Below, piece by piece: positions 59,701-64,000 of a stretch of 64,000 nt of DNA. Source of the stretch: Spirogloea muscicola (Eukaryota). The stretch is taken from contig WELB01000014.1 of assembly GCA_009602725.1 (NCBI GenBank), positions 1,072,584 to 1,136,583 on the forward strand. The letters are read 5' to 3'. Position numbers and translations under genes: made by a program. The notes under the pieces were generated by a model. That model ran no database searches and was not told where the DNA came from. It saw only the letters and a list, made by a program, of their open reading frames with translations. Numbering within the stretch: the first letter of the stretch is position 1; every line of letters begins with the position of its first letter.

Positions 59701-60767
59701 TAACACAAAGGCTTTCGAGCGCTGAGGCTAGGAGGCAATGGGCTTCATTGGGCGGGACGGCAAGCGGACCTCGTCGTCCCTGGCAGCCTCGTGGGCCTCT
59801 GGGGCCGCTGCTGCTTCGCCATCGGCGCCTTTGCGAAGCTTCCTTCTTGCCTGCTGGAGCTCCTCACTGGCAAGCACGTCCGAGGCCTCGAGCGCGCCGA
59901 CGTGCCCCCGCAGGCCGCCGGGCAGGGCGACCGACAGGCCCCACGCCTGGACGTTCGTCACCACGCCCAGCACCTTGGTCCCGGCAGTCAGGTTCTGCAG
60001 CCACGCAAGGACACCTACGGCAGGTGAGCAGGCTCCATAACCTTTCCATAAGGATACCAACTTGATTTACCTGTACCTGATTAAGCACCTCGTGAAGCTA
60101 AACAACGAAAAAGGAAACGACAACAGCAGAAGATCCTATAAACAGAGCAAAATCGACCTGTCATAATGCATCGACTTCGTACTCGAGTTTGTGAACTAGT
60201 TCTAGGTTATTGAGCTGATTACTATCTGCTCCACCAGGCTCGCCCCACTGCGCAGCTTCTAGCCGATGCTCCAGCGACTCAATTAATCGCAGCCTCCAGC
60301 ACTAACGGCATAATATTGAGTCAAGTTGCGCAATGACAGCCAAGTAGGTGATGGCCGTCACAGGCGTGCGCCCGTGCCTTGAGCTTGAGGAGCTCCACGA
60401 ACGCCGGGAGCTTCCCGGCGAGCTCGCGCGGGAGGCCGGCGACGCCGGCGCCAGTGGCCGGCTCCTCCTCGCCGTCGGGCGCTCCGAGCACCCGCCGCGG
60501 CAGCCGACGCTTGTGGCCCGCCGCCGCCGCCGCCGCTACGTGGCTCAGGGCCTCGTCCTCGGCCTCGAGGCGCGCCTGGCGGAGCTCCAGCGGCGTGAGG
60601 GCGCCGCTGCCGCCTGCACGGAGCTCGCACGCAGCATGGAGCACGTCAGGCTGCGGCGGGGCCGTCGCCATGGCGGTGCGCCAGGTCATGCGGCTTTCTG
60701 GCGTCACGGAAAGCACGTCGGAGAAGCCCTTGCCGCGCGGGAAGTCCTCCTCCTCGCCGGCTGCCAT

Positions 60768-60895
60768 GGCGGTCATCGTAAACGCGCCGCACGGAGGCTC
60801 GCCCGGTGACGACGATCAGCAAGGCTCCAATGGAGGATCGCGGAGGATCGGCGACTCGTTTCGTTGCGCAGTCGCGGCGCGACTGGCGCTCCCGC

Positions 60896-60932
<37 letters not shown>

Positions 60933-61349
60933 TGTAGACGGCGCTGCAGAGGCTCGGGGCTTTGGCAAGGGTTTGCGGCTGGGGTTAGCCAGTTCAGGGT
61001 AACCATACAGATCGACGCTGCCGCGGAGGCTCGCCCAGCGGTTACCGCAACGGTGCGACGGTTAGCCGGCCCCACTTCTCCGCACCATACTGAAACCGCG
61101 ATATCGTAGATCTAGTGGGTGGGCAGCTTATCACTTCACTATAAGGGTGGGCAGCTTTAATCCATCACTTCAAGATCCTGCTGTTGGGGACAGATCTGTA
61201 GATGCTCTAGACTCTTTCTCCAGATACCCGCGACGCTCACACACGCCCGTCTCTGTACCTGCCGGCTCCGCCGCCGCGGCGGCCATGGCGGGCGCCTGAG
61301 CGGCGCGCGGCGCTGCAGCGGCGNGGCGGCGGCGGCGGAGGTTGCCGCG
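60768..61349. promoter_or_regulatory. Putative bidirectional promoter between RRP5 and SEC31
   Basis: Divergent start codons about 580 bp apart, GGC-repeat 5' leaders on both sides, and a direct repeat GGGTGGGCAGCTT at 61117-61129 and 61145-61157. Confidence 0.5.
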
Positions 61350-64000
61350 ATGGCGCTCAAGCAGGTGGCACGGTCGGCGACGGTGGCGTTCGCGCCGCTG
61401 GCGACGGCGCCGCTGCTGGCGGCGGGCACCATGGCGGGCGCCATCGACCTGGCCTTCAGCTCCACCGCCTGCCTCGAGCTCTTCCGCCTCGACTTTGCGG
61501 ACGCCCAGCCCGACCTGGCGCCCGCCGCGGGCGCCGCGCCGGCGTCCGAGCGCTTCAACCGCCTCTCCTGGGGCACCATCGGCGTCGACTCAGGCGACTA
61601 CCCGCTCGGCGTCGTCGCCGGCGGCCTCGTCGACGGCTCTGTCAACCTGTGGAACCCCGACAAGCTCCTCAGGTGCGGCCTTCGAACCTCTGCTGCCACG
61701 GCGGCTCGTGCGGTTCGGTTCTTGATCGCGCTGCCTCATACAAGGCTATATTGTAGGTAATGCAGCTAAACCTTTGTAGTCTGTGCTGGTTAATACCTAG
61801 TGTATAAGAAGAACGCACAGCAACTGCTGTTGGAGCGGTCAGCTCGAGTCTCATCCTGTTATTGGGCTTTGCAGCAAGGGCAGCACCCCAGAGGACTGCG
61901 TCGTCGGCCGCCTCCAGAAGCACACGGGCGCGGTGAGTGCCAGGCATCGGCTCACTAGAAGCTCCCGGCGTCGTGACCAAAGACCGGCAGCCAGCGGCGT
62001 CCATCAGCTGGAAGACGGCACGCGCGCCAGGCGCTTGGTCACAGTCGTGAAGGGCAGCTCTTTGTTAAAAGCACAGGTATTGTGGGCCAGCAGCAAGCTC
62101 GGTCCAATGCAGGCCAAACACTGACTGTCAAGCTCATTGTCAAGGGCAGGTACGCGGCCTGGAGTTCAACGCTTTCAGCCCGAATCTGCTTGCCTCGGGA
62201 GCCGAGGATGGCGAGGTTTTCATCTGGGACCTGGCCAATCCGTCTGCACCGTCCCTCTACCCTGCACTCAAGGTTTACGATCACTTGACAAACTCTGCGG
62301 AAAGGCAGTTTGTCTTGGCAGGCAGATCATCAGAGTTCACCACTTTGGAGATAGCCGTTTTGCAGGGTGGTGCCTCTGGTGCGTCGGGCGAAATTTCTTA
62401 CCTGGCTTGGAATCACAAGGTTCAGCACATACTCGCCTCGACGTCTTACAGCGGCAATTCAGGTGTGCCCTCAGAGGTGCTGGTAATCAGTAATGAGGTG
62501 TTTGAAGACAGATCAGGGCAGCAATTTTGCCTCAACAATGGAGGGTGGGAAGTGTGAGAGTGGGAGAGAGCAAGGGTTAGAGAGAAGGCCTGTGACATGG
62601 TAGTTAGTAAGTGATGTGATGCATTATGCTACAACCTGAGATGATAGTTGGTACTCCTGGATATGAAGTGGTCAGCGAGTCACTGATTCCCATTGACTGC
62701 TTTGTGTTTGCAGTTGTCTGGGACTTGAAAAGGCAGAAGCAAGTGATTAGGTGAGCTGCTTTGAGGTTCACCTCCTCAATGTTCATGGGGTTTTACACAA
62801 CAACGGCTGTGCATATAATAATGCATAATGACCTCAAGCTAGGTTGGCTTTGTTTGTTTCACACCATGACTTCTGCTGCTGTGTCTGACGCTGTGTCTGT
62901 TTTCATGGACATTGTTCTCAAACTCAGTGAGTGTCTGTCTGACTGCATGTTATGTTTGTCCCTTCTTGACCAGCTTCACAGACCCAACAAGCCGGCGACG
63001 ATGCTCCTCTTTACAGTGGAATCCTGAGGTTGCAACGCAGCTCATCGTGGCTTCCGACGATGACAGATCGCCGGCTGTCCAGGTCAGAGACCAGCAGTGC
63101 AGCTTTCTGCAAGCTGAATGTTGTCACAGTGTTGTGGCCCCTCTATGCACTCTGGCAGGATGGCATGCTAGGGTTGACGATTATTGCTAAGTGGATGGTC
63201 TCATGAGTGCTACCCTGAACATTGTACACAGGTGTGGGACTTGAGGAACTCTATTTCGCCCTTGAGAGAGTTGACTGGGCACTCGAAAGGTACCAACAGG
63301 ATAAGTACCAACTGGATAAGCATGAACATGAATGCACAGATGCTTGCGTTGTTCCTTACTAAAAGCACATAATTGTGATGTGCTTGGTCTGAGTGGCAGG
63401 CTTTGATTGTCAGGATTCGTCTAGATGGCAGCCCATGACTTGCATATGTATACATCTGCAGGTGTGCTTGCCATGGCGTGGTGCCCAAGTGACAGTGGTC
63501 TCTTGCTAACCTGTGGCAAAGATAATCGCACTCTCTGCTGGGATACAAACTCTGGAGAGGTTTGCTTTTCACTCACTACCTTAATTTTGTGAAATGAGCA
63601 AGTGAGCTGCAGATGCTTTTTCTGAGGTGCTAGGCTCTCTTGATGGCCACTGTCCAGATAAGCAAGAAAACAACTGCTTAGAATGTCCATTGCTCCATCA
63701 ACGAAGCATTGAAGGTTGTAGTGAGACCGATGAGGAGTAGCAAAACACTTGAAGTAGCTAACACTTTGTGACTGCTTTATCTAGTGCAGATTCTGTACGA
63801 GCTGCCTTCAAGCAATAACTGGAACTTTGATCTGCAGTGGTCCCCTACAAACCCAGGGATACTGTCAACATCTTCCTTTGACGGGAAAGTTAGTATCTAC
63901 AGCATAGAGGTAGGATGATCAGGACAAGAGCATCAAGTACAAGTGCGTGTATCCATGAAGCTCCAGTGTCTGACACAATGTAAAATTGGCTCACTCCATT
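61350..64000 (+). CDS. SEC31: COPII coat protein SEC31 (WD40 N-terminal part; continues beyond window)
   Basis: [117 protein letters not shown]. Last exon seen ends at 63909. Confidence 0.95.

Larger units (their letters stand above)
46098..60767 (-). pseudogene. RRP5: RRP5 rRNA biogenesis protein homolog (multiple S1 domains + C-terminal HAT/TPR); apparently disrupted copy
   Basis: N-terminal DFPRGG, many S1 repeats (VKSVEDHG, VTGSVKRVEAFGLFI, GYVKSCNKKGCFV), and HAT region [73 protein letters not shown]. Lesions at 59057-59058, about 58950, about 58110 and about 50735. Confidence 0.9.

Noticed and set aside
46300..60300. Intronic snoRNAs in RRP5
   Set aside because: No convincing C/D box pair with terminal stem and rRNA guide could be identified by eye.

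Overview
Intron-rich, gene-dense eukaryotic nuclear DNA with plant-like genes. It is most consistent with a streptophyte green alga; this is inferred from gene content, not a species identification. Nine spliced genes can be reconstructed: a STE20/MAP4K-alpha kinase (+), a p24delta/TMP21 cargo receptor (+, start lost in an N gap), a receptor-like kinase with an unusual Cys-rich ectodomain (-), a seed-lipid-droplet-protein-like gene with a duplicated C-terminal module (+), a NOG1-like GTPase (-, one frameshift), a conserved plant membrane protein (+), a eukaryote-type cysteinyl-tRNA synthetase (+), RRP5 (-, several lesions, probably decaying) and the 5' part of SEC31 (+). Four intergenic nests hold 5'-truncated CRE/Zepp-like non-LTR retrotransposons (RT, CCHC knuckle, restriction-like endonuclease) from about six families. 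The families share a C-terminal peptide, a 3'-UTR GGCTG...CAGCC hairpin and a CT-rich tail, insert into one another with 7-9 bp TSDs, and all four nests lie upstream of genes. Other signals are frequent GC-AG introns, (TTCAGGG)n telomere-like arrays in first introns, CpG-island-like gene starts, and a 4.4-kb poly-T run that is almost certainly an assembly artefact.
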